Source: an uncultured Eubacteriales bacterium (GTDB lineage: Bacteria > Bacillota > Clostridia > Oscillospirales > CAG-382). Taken from it: a stretch of DNA of 64,000 nucleotides. Below are positions 38,734 to 47,793 of the stretch, piece after piece. The position numbers and the translations under genes were made by a program. How positions within the stretch are numbered: the stretch's first letter is position 1; each line of letters starts with the position of its first letter. The stretch is taken from assembly GCA_934479825.1 (NCBI GenBank), contig CAKSOW010000003.1, positions 64,604 to 128,603 on the forward strand, read 5' to 3'. The notes beneath the pieces were generated by a model that saw only the letters and a program-made list of their open reading frames with translations, was not told the DNA's origin and did no database searches.

Positions 38734-38792
38734 CGGCGCATTTACCGTCAATTACATACAACCGACTATATCTGAAAGGAACAGAACCCGAT

Positions 38793-40472
38793 ATGTCTAA
38801 CACAGATAATCTGCAAAAGCTTGCTTCCCTTATTTTTCCCGACGTCACCGACGCGGACACAGTCGAATCCCTGGAAGAGCGTTTTCCCGAACGCGGTTTA
38901 AGCGAGGGCGCAAAAGTCACGCGCATCGCGCCCAGTCCCACCGGTTCCATGCACATCGGAAACCTTTACGGCGGTCTTGCCGACGAACGCATCGCGCATT
39001 CTTCTTCGCCGGACGGCGTGTTCTATCTCCGTATTGAGGACACCGACGACAAACGCGAAGTACCAGGCGCGGTTGAAAAGATCATCAAATATCTCGGTGC
39101 GTTCGGTATCGAATTTGACGAGGGCGCGTCTGCTGACGGCGATATCGGCGCTTACGGACCCTACCGTCAGCGTGCGCGCGCCAAGATCTATCACATTGTT
39201 GCAAAGAAGCTGTTGCTTGACGGCAGAGCTTATCCGTGTTTCTGCACCGAAGAAGATTTACAGAAAGCCCATGCCGCGCAAGAGGCCGCCAAGGAAAACT
39301 TCGGTTATTACGGCAAATGGGCGATTCACCGCGATATGCCGGTCGAAGAAGCGATAGAGCGCATCGAAAACGGCGAAAGCTATGTTTTGCGTTTTCGTTC
39401 CATGGGCGATCCGGCAAAAAAGGTTGAGTTCAAGGATCAGATCAAGGGCAAGCTCTCTTTCCCGGAAAATGACCAGGATTTTGTACTTTTAAAATCCGAC
39501 GGCATTCCGACCTATCACTTTGCCCATGTGGTGGACGACCATTTCATGCGCACCACCGACGTTGTCCGCGGTGAGGAATGGCTCTCCACATTACCGTGGC
39601 ATGTGGAATTGTGGCGCGCCTGCGGCTTTAAAATGCCGCGTTTCTGCCACACCGCCCAAGTTATGAAATTAGACGAAGAGACCGGCGCCAAGCGCAAGAT
39701 GTCCAAGCGCAAAGACCCGGAATGCACGCTCGGTTTCTATTTTGAAAAAGGGTATCCGGCCGCCAGCGTCATCGAATACCTAATGACGCTTCTCAATTCC
39801 AACTATGAACAGTGGCGTGCGGCCAACCCTGCCGCCTCCTACAAGGATTTTCCGTTCAAAGCAAGCGCCATGGGCAATTCCGGCGCGATGTTCGACCTTG
39901 CCAAGTTCAACGACGTTTCCAAAAACGTCATCGCGCATATGTCCGCCGACGAAGTGTATGATTTTGTTGCGGCATGGGCTAAGGAAAACGATCCCGAATT
40001 TTATGCGGTCATTTCTTCCGACCCCGACTATTTGAAACGTTTTCTCGCTATCGGACGCGGCGGCAAAAAGCCGAGAAAGGATTTCGCATGTTGGAGCGAA
40101 GTCAAGGATTTTGTTTCCTATATGTATGACGGATTATTTGAGCAGAAAGACGAATATCCGGCTCATGTGAGTGCCGACGAAAGAAAGGCTCTTTTGGAAG
40201 AATATGCCGCTCTGTATGCGCCCGGCGACGACAACAACGCATGGTTTGAGAAGATCAAGACGCTTTCTGAGGCGCATGGCTATACGAGCGATATGAAAGC
40301 CTACAAGGCAGATCCGGACGCATTCAAGGGCAGTGTCACCGACGTCAGCAACGTCATCCGCGTAGCCGTCACCGGCCGTCAGAATTCTCCCGACCTTTGC
40401 AGCGTCATGGCCGTTCTCGGCAAAGACCGCGTCACAGAGCGCTTAAAGGCCGCGGCCGGACAAGCAAGATAA
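38793..40472 (+). CDS. gltX: Glutamate--tRNA ligase
   Basis: Class I HIGH-type motif (SMHIGNLYG), KMSKRK motif and ...HFAHVVDDHFM. The ATG at 38793 avoids overlap with the DUF554 gene. Confidence 0.85.
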   Translation: MSNTDNLQKLASLIFPDVTDADTVESLEERFPERGLSEGAKVTRIAPSPTGSMHIGNLYGGLADERIAHSSSPDGVFYLRIEDTDDKREVPGAVEKIIKYLGAFGIEFDEGASADGDIGAYGPYRQRARAKIYHIVAKKLLLDGRAYPCFCTEEDLQKAHAAQEAAKENFGYYGKWAIHRDMPVEEAIERIENGESYVLRFRSMGDPAKKVEFKDQIKGKLSFPENDQDFVLLKSDGIPTYHFAHVVDDHFMRTTDVVRGEEWLSTLPWHVELWRACGFKMPRFCHTAQVMKLDEETGAKRKMSKRKDPECTLGFYFEKGYPAASVIEYLMTLLNSNYEQWRAANPAASYKDFPFKASAMGNSGAMFDLAKFNDVSKNVIAHMSADEVYDFVAAWAKENDPEFYAVISSDPDYLKRFLAIGRGGKKPRKDFACWSEVKDFVSYMYDGLFEQKDEYPAHVSADERKALLEEYAALYAPGDDNNAWFEKIKTLSEAHGYTSDMKAYKADPDAFKGSVTDVSNVIRVAVTGRQNSPDLCSVMAVLGKDRVTERLKAAAGQAR

Positions 40473-40486
40473 CGGGAGAACGCAAT

Positions 40487-42184
40487 ATGGATCATCGAAC
40501 TATTACCGTTCCGGCCTCCCTTGCCGCGCGCGGTATCAATGCCACTCCCCAAGTCGTAAGCAAGTTGGACGAGCTTTCCGAAAGCGGCGGTATTTTACGC
40601 TTTGAACCGGGTACGTATCATTTTTACGAGGACGGCGCGGCCACCGGTTTTTTTGCCCCCTCCAACAACAGTTCCGGCACGAAAAAGGTCTGCTTTCCGG
40701 TTTTCGACGCCCGGAACATAACGCTGGACGGCGGAGGCAGCATCTTTGTCTTTCACGGAAAAGCCTTTCCGTTTATCGTTTCGGAGAGCGCAGACATAAC
40801 ACTCCGGAACTTCACCTGCGACACGGCGCTTCCGTCCGTTGCCGCCATAAAAATTACCGAAAAAAACGAAGAAGGCTTTTGCGCGGTCATCGATAAGAAA
40901 AAAAGTCCGTTCCACACCGAAAACGGTCATTTGGTATTTGAGCTTGAAAACGGCGTTCTTTCGACCGAGGCCGGAAAAGTCTCCTTACATTCGCTCGACC
41001 GAATGAACATCAAATACCTGTACGCCGGTGACTCGTCGCAGGACAGGACCGGACTCGCCGCGCCGTTTATGGACACCGACGCGTTCGACCTCGGCGATAA
41101 GATCTATTTCCGATATCGGGAGGACACCCAGATTTCGTGTCCGTTTGAGGTCGGCGAACGCGTGGTCATCAATTTGGAAGAAAAGCGCGAACGCGCGGTG
41201 TTCTTTTTTGAAAATTCCGAGCGTGTGACCGTTGAAAACGTCGTGATCCGCCGCGGCGGCGGCATGGGCGTCATCGCCCAAATGTGCACCGATATAACGG
41301 TCACGAATATGCGTACCGACAAAACAGCGCACGGCGACAGCGTAACACTGACAGCAGACGCGTTTCACTTGGTCAATTGCAGCGGCACATTTGAGCTTTC
41401 CGGCTGTGATATGAGCTCATTTTTAGACGACGCCTGCAACGTTCACGGCGTTTATACCGTGCTTGACCGCGTAAACGGCGATTGTCTGCATGTACACTTG
41501 GGACATGCGGATCAAAACTATTTCTGCCCCTATAAGGCTTGCGACCGGATCGTTTTGATTGACGACAAAACGTTGGAACCCGTTTGCGAGGCGATTGTAA
41601 AAGACGTATTTTTCACCTCCAACGACGGCATGAATCTATCGGTCGGGGTAGAGTTTCTCCATGGAGCCGACGCGTTAAGACCCGGCTTTTTTGTGGAAAA
41701 TCCGCTTCGCATGCCCGATACGCTGATTCATAACAACCGTTTTTCCGACTTTCCGCATTTCCGCCTTTCGGGTGCCGGAAAGATACGGTTTGAAAACAAC
41801 GTGGTTTCCGATTGTCAGGCCGCCATTTATTTCTACGACCTTGCAGCCTATTGGTTCGAATCGGGACGGATCCATGACGCCGTCGTAAAGCAGAACCGTT
41901 TTATCAACTGCAACGCACTCTGTGCGGATCAGGTCATCGATATCCGCGTATCCGGCTTTGACGAACATAACGCGCCGCCCGTTCATGACCGGATCGAAAT
42001 TTCGGAAAATTCCTTTGAAAAGATCCGGAAATACGCTGTGCACGCTTTCGGCGTCAAAGAGCTGGTCGTAAAAAACAATACGTTAGACGGTGCACCGCTT
42101 GACCGGACAAAAATCTCATACACAGGGAATATAAAAACAGGCGCGGAGGAATCAATATGTTTCACGGAAAATACAAGGCCGTAA
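40487..42184 (+). CDS. Right-handed parallel beta-helix protein, possibly a GH110-like glycosidase
   Basis: 565 aa with no signal peptide. Repeated beta-helix coils (ITLDGGGSIFVFHG..., VTVENVVIRRGGGMGV..., IRFENNVVSDC...). The family assignment is tentative. Confidence 0.55.
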   Translation: MDHRTITVPASLAARGINATPQVVSKLDELSESGGILRFEPGTYHFYEDGAATGFFAPSNNSSGTKKVCFPVFDARNITLDGGGSIFVFHGKAFPFIVSESADITLRNFTCDTALPSVAAIKITEKNEEGFCAVIDKKKSPFHTENGHLVFELENGVLSTEAGKVSLHSLDRMNIKYLYAGDSSQDRTGLAAPFMDTDAFDLGDKIYFRYREDTQISCPFEVGERVVINLEEKRERAVFFFENSERVTVENVVIRRGGGMGVIAQMCTDITVTNMRTDKTAHGDSVTLTADAFHLVNCSGTFELSGCDMSSFLDDACNVHGVYTVLDRVNGDCLHVHLGHADQNYFCPYKACDRIVLIDDKTLEPVCEAIVKDVFFTSNDGMNLSVGVEFLHGADALRPGFFVENPLRMPDTLIHNNRFSDFPHFRLSGAGKIRFENNVVSDCQAAIYFYDLAAYWFESGRIHDAVVKQNRFINCNALCADQVIDIRVSGFDEHNAPPVHDRIEISENSFEKIRKYAVHAFGVKELVVKNNTLDGAPLDRTKISYTGNIKTGAEESICFTENTRP

Positions 42185-42858
42185 CATTCAGTTATGACGA
42201 CGGCGTTTCCCAGGACGTGCGCTTAATTGAACTGCTCGACAAATACAGTTTAAAGGCCACGTTCAACCTGAATTCCGAAATGTTCGGTCAATGCTGTGAC
42301 CTTACCGTCAAGGGAGAGACCGTTACGCATCATATCCTGTCCGCCCAAGAAGCACGCGGGCTTTATACCGGGCATGAGGTGGCGGTTCACACGCTCACGC
42401 ACCCGAATTTAACCACACTTTCCGACCGGGAAGTGATCCGACAGGTGGAAAAAGATCGTGAAAACCTCTCGGAGCTATTCGGCTATGAGGTCTGCGGCAT
42501 GGCGTATCCGTGCGGCGGCGTCAACAATGACGACCGTGTGGCGGCGTTGATTAGAGAAAACACCGAAATCCGCTATGCGCGCACCATTACTTCCAATTAC
42601 AGCTTTGACGTGCAGGAAAACTTACTTCGTTTCAATCCGACCCTTTCGCATATGGACACCGAAAAACTGTTTTCCTTAGCGGAAGAATTTCTCGCCGCAC
42701 ATCCTACGCGTGACCAGATTTTCTACATCTGGGGGCACAGCTACGAGTTAGACGCCGCAGACGGTTGGGAAACGCTCGAACGGTTCTGCAAGCTCATCAG
42801 CGGCAAAGAGGACATTTTCTACGGCACAAACCGCGAAGTTTTACTTGGCGGACACTGA
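42157..42858 (+). CDS. Polysaccharide deacetylase (NodB homology, CE4) family protein
   Basis: VTFSYDDG (TFDDG-type motif 1) and HTLTHPNL (H-x4-H motif 2). 28-nt overlap with the upstream gene. Confidence 0.8.
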   Translation: MFHGKYKAVTFSYDDGVSQDVRLIELLDKYSLKATFNLNSEMFGQCCDLTVKGETVTHHILSAQEARGLYTGHEVAVHTLTHPNLTTLSDREVIRQVEKDRENLSELFGYEVCGMAYPCGGVNNDDRVAALIRENTEIRYARTITSNYSFDVQENLLRFNPTLSHMDTEKLFSLAEEFLAAHPTRDQIFYIWGHSYELDAADGWETLERFCKLISGKEDIFYGTNREVLLGGH

Positions 42859-42898
42859 TTTTTAAAATAACCGGCTCATCCGGCAAGGAGTGAACATT

Positions 42899-44560
42899 AT
42901 GGCAGAAGAAAACATTTCCACAAACTTTATACACGAGGTCATCGACGCGGACATTGCCGCAGGACTCACGGAACGCATTCACACGCGTTTTCCGCCCGAA
43001 CCCAACGGATACCTCCATATCGGTTCGGCCAAGGCCATCTGGATCAACTATTCGACCGCCAAAAAGTATAACGGTCTTTTCAATCTGCGTTACGACGACA
43101 CCAACCCCGTCAAAGAGGACGATGAGTTTGTGCGCTCAATTGAAGAAGATTTACGCTGGCTCGGCGCGATTCCGGACGGTATTTTCTACGGCTCGGACTA
43201 CTTTGACAAGTGCTATGAATACGCCGTCAAGCTCATAAAAGACGGTAAAGCCTATGTCTGCGACCTGTCTGCCGACCAAATGCGCGAATACCGCGGAACG
43301 CTCACCGAACCGGGTAAAAACAGCCCTTGGCGCGACCGTTCGGTCGAAGAAAATCTCGATTTGTTTGAACGCATGAAAAACGGCGAATTTCCGGACGGTT
43401 CCCATACGCTTCGCGCCAAGATCGATATGGCAAGCCCCAACATGAATTTGCGCGACCCGGCCATTTACCGCATTCTGCACACGCCGCACCACCGTCAGGG
43501 CAACAAATGGTGCATCTATCCGCTGTATGACTTTGCTCACCCGATCCAGGACGCGCTTGAAGGAATCACCCATTCGCTCTGCTCGATTGAATTTGAGAAC
43601 CACCGTCCGTTATATGATTGGGTCGTGGACAATATCGGCTTTGAGCATAAACCCAAACAGCGCGAATTTGCCCGTCTAAACGTAACCTACACGGTCATGA
43701 GCAAACGGTATCTCCGCGCGCTCGTCGAAGAAAAGCTCGTGGACGGTTGGGATGACCCCCGTATGCCCACGCTTTGCGGCTTGCGCCGCCGCGGTTTCAC
43801 GCCGGCTTCGATTTTTGACTTTGTACAGCGTTCAGGCATTTCCAAGGCTCTTTCACTGTGTGATATCAACCTGCTCGACCACTGCATCCGTGAAGAATTG
43901 AATGCGTCCGCACCGCGCCGTATGGCGGTTCTTGATCCGCTTGAAGTGGAAATTACCAATTTCACAGAAGGGGAAACCGTTTACTTCGATGTTGTCAACA
44001 ACCCCGAAGATCCGTCAGCCGGAACGCGCAAAGTGCCCTTTACCAGGCATTTGTATATTGAACGCGCCGATTTCTCGGACAATCCTCCTCCCAAGTTCCA
44101 GCGTCTGAAACCCGGCTCTGAGGCTCGTTTCATGAGTGCCTATGTCGTGAAATGCAATGAGGTCATCTATGGCGACAACGGCCATCCGGCCAAGCTTCTT
44201 TGCACGGTTGACCCGGAAACCGCAGGCTGCAATCCGCCCGACGGCAGAAAAATTAAAGGAACGATCCATTGGGTGAGCGCCGCACATGCCAAGACAGCCG
44301 AGGTGCGCTTATACGACAGACTCTTCACGATTGAAGATACCGGCGCAATTCCGGAGGATAAATCGTTCAAGGATTATCTCAATCCGGAAAGCTTAACGGT
44401 CATGCCCAACGCCAAGCTGGAAGAAGCCCTTGGCGACGCAAAGCCGGGCGACCGTTTCCAGTTCGTGCGCATGGGATATTTCTGCGCTGACACGCGGAAC
44501 GAAAATGTCTTTAACCGCATTGTAACCCTGAAAGACAGCTTTGCAAAGACCTTGAAATAA
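42899..44560 (+). CDS. glnS: Glutamine--tRNA ligase
   Basis: FPPEPNGYLHIGSAKA (HIGH), VMSKR (KMSKS), and a GlnRS-specific C-terminal beta-barrel region. The ATG at 42899 is 8 nt after GGAG. Confidence 0.9.
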   Translation: MAEENISTNFIHEVIDADIAAGLTERIHTRFPPEPNGYLHIGSAKAIWINYSTAKKYNGLFNLRYDDTNPVKEDDEFVRSIEEDLRWLGAIPDGIFYGSDYFDKCYEYAVKLIKDGKAYVCDLSADQMREYRGTLTEPGKNSPWRDRSVEENLDLFERMKNGEFPDGSHTLRAKIDMASPNMNLRDPAIYRILHTPHHRQGNKWCIYPLYDFAHPIQDALEGITHSLCSIEFENHRPLYDWVVDNIGFEHKPKQREFARLNVTYTVMSKRYLRALVEEKLVDGWDDPRMPTLCGLRRRGFTPASIFDFVQRSGISKALSLCDINLLDHCIREELNASAPRRMAVLDPLEVEITNFTEGETVYFDVVNNPEDPSAGTRKVPFTRHLYIERADFSDNPPPKFQRLKPGSEARFMSAYVVKCNEVIYGDNGHPAKLLCTVDPETAGCNPPDGRKIKGTIHWVSAAHAKTAEVRLYDRLFTIEDTGAIPEDKSFKDYLNPESLTVMPNAKLEEALGDAKPGDRFQFVRMGYFCADTRNENVFNRIVTLKDSFAKTLK

Positions 44561-44568
44561 GATTTTCT

Positions 44569-44601
44569 GCGGACGGCTTTCGGGTCGTCCGCTAATTCTT
44601 T
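44569..44601 (+). terminator. Probable terminator of glnS
   Basis: GCGGACG...CGTCCGC hairpin followed by TAATTCTTT. Confidence 0.45.
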
Positions 44602-44634
44602 ACCAATACATCCCTACAACACAGGAGGAACAGC

Positions 44635-45777
44635 ATGTTATTAAAAAACATCTGCGCTGTCCGGCATGACCGCATAATGCCTTGCGATATCCGCATTCAA
44701 AACGGAAAAATTGCCGCGTTCGGTCTTGATCTTTTGCCGGAAGAAAACGAAACGATCGTCGACGGCGGCGGCGCTTACGCCTTTGCAGGCCTGATCGACA
44801 GTCATACGCACGGCGCCATGGGCAGTGTGTACTACAATCCGAACTGCGATGTCGATAAAATTCTGGCGTTTGAAGCAAGCGAGGGCGTTACTATGGTAGC
44901 CGCAACGCTTGAAAGTGCGCCCATTGACGAAGAAATTTCGCTGGCGCGCTATCTTCTCCCCTTTTTTGCCCCCAAAAGCGGCAGAGCCAAGCTCGGCGGC
45001 ATTCATTTTGAAGGTCCGTTTTTAAATCCTGCCAAAAAGGGTGCCATGAACCCGGACGGCATGGTTGTGCCGAATGTGACGGATTTTGACCGTCTGTATG
45101 AAGCGGCAGAGGGACATATGAAGCTCATCACGGTAGCGCCCGATATGCCGGGTGCGCTCGACGTAATAAGCCGCGCCGCGTCTCTTGGCGTTTCCGTTTC
45201 CGCCGGTCACACCATGGCAAGTGCGGAACAAATGAAAGCGGCAGTCGATGCCGGAGTGACGCGCATGACGCACACTTTTAACGCATGCCGGAGCTTTGAC
45301 CACAGAGAACCGGGCATTTTAGGTGCGGCGCTCACAGACGACCGCGTGACCTGCGAGGTGATCTGCGATTTCGCGCATCTGCATCCGTTGACCGTTGAAC
45401 TCGTCTACCGCGCCAAGGGTGCGTCGCGTTTCACGGCTATCAGCGATTCGGAATTTGCCGCCGGTCTTGCCGAAGGAAAACTAATTGGCGAGGACGGGCG
45501 TGAACGTTTTATTGACGGCGGTGTTGCCCGGCTTTCAGACGGAACGATCTGCGGCAGTGCGTCGTCGCTTGCACGCGGTTTCCGCAACCTGTGTTCGCTC
45601 GGGATTCCGCTTTGGGAGGTCAGTCGGATGTGTTCGGAGAATCCGGCCAGGGCACTCGGCATTTTCGGCGAAACCGGAAGTTTAGATATCGGCAAAAGCG
45701 CCGATCTGTTTCTTACAGACAGGGATTTCCATGTCAAAACCGTATTTGTGGATGGCGAAAAAGTAACAAACGCATAG
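44635..45777 (+). CDS. nagA: N-acetylglucosamine-6-phosphate deacetylase
   Basis: GLIDSHTHG metal site, HFEGPFLNPAKKGA, TVAPD, and the HTFNA motif. Confidence 0.9.
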   Translation: MLLKNICAVRHDRIMPCDIRIQNGKIAAFGLDLLPEENETIVDGGGAYAFAGLIDSHTHGAMGSVYYNPNCDVDKILAFEASEGVTMVAATLESAPIDEEISLARYLLPFFAPKSGRAKLGGIHFEGPFLNPAKKGAMNPDGMVVPNVTDFDRLYEAAEGHMKLITVAPDMPGALDVISRAASLGVSVSAGHTMASAEQMKAAVDAGVTRMTHTFNACRSFDHREPGILGAALTDDRVTCEVICDFAHLHPLTVELVYRAKGASRFTAISDSEFAAGLAEGKLIGEDGRERFIDGGVARLSDGTICGSASSLARGFRNLCSLGIPLWEVSRMCSENPARALGIFGETGSLDIGKSADLFLTDRDFHVKTVFVDGEKVTNA

Positions 45778-45782
45778 TATTT

Positions 45783-45925
45783 CCAAGGGCTGCTCGCCCT
45801 TGACCTCGCCCGCTTTTCTTTTAAGAAAAGTGGGACAAAAGAATTCATATTTTGCCGCCCGATGGTTTGAATCGTCAAACCATCGGGCGGTTTTGGCTTT
45901 CCCGGAAAAGCCCGGAAAGAGGCTC
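45783..45925 (+). repeat. Multi-hairpin 3' module (four consecutive palindromes) that includes the nagA terminator
   Basis: CAAGGGC-TGCTC-GCCCTTG; CCCGCTTTTCTT..AAGAAAAGTGGG; GCCGCCCGATGGTTTG-AATCGT-CAAACCATCGGGCGG+TTTT (45854-45894); GGCTTTCCCGGAAAAGCC. Homologous in inverted orientation to 53411-53550. Confidence 0.75.
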
Positions 45926-46049
45926 TTAGGGAAACCGTTCTTTTCTCGAAAAGTTTCCAAAAGGAACGGTTTTAATGTTACTTTTTCGCTTGTACGAAAA
46001 AGTAACCCAAAAGTACACCAGAGGGTGCGCCCTCTGGACTCCGGGGAGC

Positions 46050-46782
46050 GGTTCAAAATTCCGAGCGGTGGGATTTTAGGTGAAATTTGAAACGTTCAGC
46101 GTATTAAGATTTTTTGCAAGAATTTATTAGTGCCGCAAATACGCACGGCCATGTTTTGAACCGGTGCGAGACGGTAGTTTTACTGCGCAAGGATTTGTGA
46201 GTTTTTATAATTTTTATAAAAAGAAAAACTATGATTTGAGTAGACAGTAGGTTATGTGTTTCAGGGAACGGGGAGTTTGGTGAGATGTTGTTTTTGAGAG
46301 AATAGAAAGCTTTTATTTGGGAAAACGGAAAGTTGGAGACGAGAATGCAAAAAATTCAGTTTTTTTGCACACAAAAACATTTTTAATAAACCTCAAATTT
46401 TTCGCAAGCTCACATCACTTTTGTGTAAAGCTAAGCTTATTTTTATTCCAACTTTCCACCAGTCCACACCCCTTTTGCATCATGCCAAATCATGGTTTTG
46501 CTCCAACTTTTCCACTCAGCCCACACTAATTTCCCCTTTCCGCCGCAACAATATAACGTGCGTGCAGTTTCCCTTTAAAACGGCTACTTGCGGCGTCAAG
46601 CCTGCACTGCAACTTCAATTTTTCACAAAACCCAATTCTGCGTCTTATCAAAAGTTTCCCTTTCGCACCGGTTCAAAACATGGCCGTGCGTGTTTGCGGC
46701 ACTGACAAACTTTTGCAAACTTTTTTAATACGCTGAATGTTTCAAGTTTCACCTGAAATTCCACCGCACGGGTTTTGAACCG
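46050..46782 (-). repeat. Copy B of the interspersed hairpin-bounded element (modules 46050-46164 and 46668-46782), inverted relative to copies A and C
   Basis: The interior is the reverse complement of the copy A/C interior. For example, GACAGTAGGTTATGTGTTTC here corresponds to GAAACACATAACCTACTGTC in A. Palindrome-rich flanks span about 45905-46950. Confidence 0.8.
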
Positions 46783-47000
46783 TTCCCCGGGAGTCCAGAG
46801 GGCGGCGGCCCTCGGCGTGTTTTTGGTTACTTTTTGCACGCCGCAAAAAGTAACAGAAAAAACATCTCTTCCTTTACTTTTCGAGAAACGAAAAGTATGT
46901 ATTATCATCCCTTAGGGAAATTTTCAGAAAAAGGAAAATTTCCCTAAGAACCCCTTTACAGGCTTTGGGCATCATACAACGTGTTTTTGTCGAATGCCTC

Positions 47001-47028
47001 TTGACAAATCGCTTTTTTGGAGTATAAT
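47001..47028 (+). promoter_or_regulatory. Sigma-A promoter of the ABC transporter operon
   Basis: TTGACA, 16 nt, TATAAT. Followed by the palindrome AGTTAGTT-CAATCT-AACTAACT (47040-47061). Confidence 0.65.
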
Positions 47029-47078
47029 AGTTTCTGCGAAGTTAGTTCAATCTAACTAACTGCATTTCAGAAAGGCAG

Positions 47079-47789
47079 ATGACGGTCATGGCATACTTGG
47101 AGGTTTCGGATCTAACCAAAAGCTTCGGCGAGGGCGGCGGAAAAGTGGAGGTTTTGCGCGGCGTCAATATGACGGTGGAAAAAGGTGAAATGTGCACGAT
47201 CTTAGGCCCGTCGGGAAGCGGAAAATCCACGCTTTTGAACGTCATCGGCGGTTTGGACGGTGCAGACGGCGGAAAAATTATAATTGACGGGAAGAACCTG
47301 GTCGGTCTGGACGCCGAAGAATTGTCCGCCTTCCGGCGCGATTACCTCGGTTTTGTTTTTCAGTTTTATAACTTGGTGCCGAATTTAACGGTGTTAGAGA
47401 ACATTGAAGTGGGCGAATACCTGTCGGACGAGCCGTTGGATATGGAGGAAATTTTACAGGTACTCGGCTTGGAGGAACTGAAAAACCGCTTTCCGCATGA
47501 ACTTTCGGGCGGTCAACAGCAACGGTGTTCCATCGGCCGTGCGCTCATTAAGAACCCCAAACTTCTTTTGTGTGATGAACCTACCGGCGCGCTCGACTAC
47601 AAGACATCCAAAGACATTCTTTCGCTCATCGAACGGATCAATGCCGCCTATAACACCACCATCCTCATGGTTACGCACAACGAAACCATCAGTGCCATGA
47701 CGCATAAGACCGTATATTTAAAGGATGGCGCGGTAAGCAAGATCACCGCCACGCAAAAGCGCGTCCATGCGCTTGACTTGGAATGGTGA
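47079..47789 (+). CDS. ABC transporter ATP-binding protein (MacB/FtsE-like)
   Basis: Walker A GPSGSGKST, signature LSGGQQQR, Walker B LLLCDEPTGALD. An alternative start is at 47088. Confidence 0.9.
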   Translation: MTVMAYLEVSDLTKSFGEGGGKVEVLRGVNMTVEKGEMCTILGPSGSGKSTLLNVIGGLDGADGGKIIIDGKNLVGLDAEELSAFRRDYLGFVFQFYNLVPNLTVLENIEVGEYLSDEPLDMEEILQVLGLEELKNRFPHELSGGQQQRCSIGRALIKNPKLLLCDEPTGALDYKTSKDILSLIERINAAYNTTILMVTHNETISAMTHKTVYLKDGAVSKITATQKRVHALDLEW

Positions 47790-47793
47790 CGCC

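Noticed and set aside
38734-38792. T-box leaders upstream of gltX (here) and glnS (42859-42898)
   Set aside because: The intergenic spaces are only about 60 and about 40 nt, far too short for a T-box. No specifier or T-box sequence was seen.
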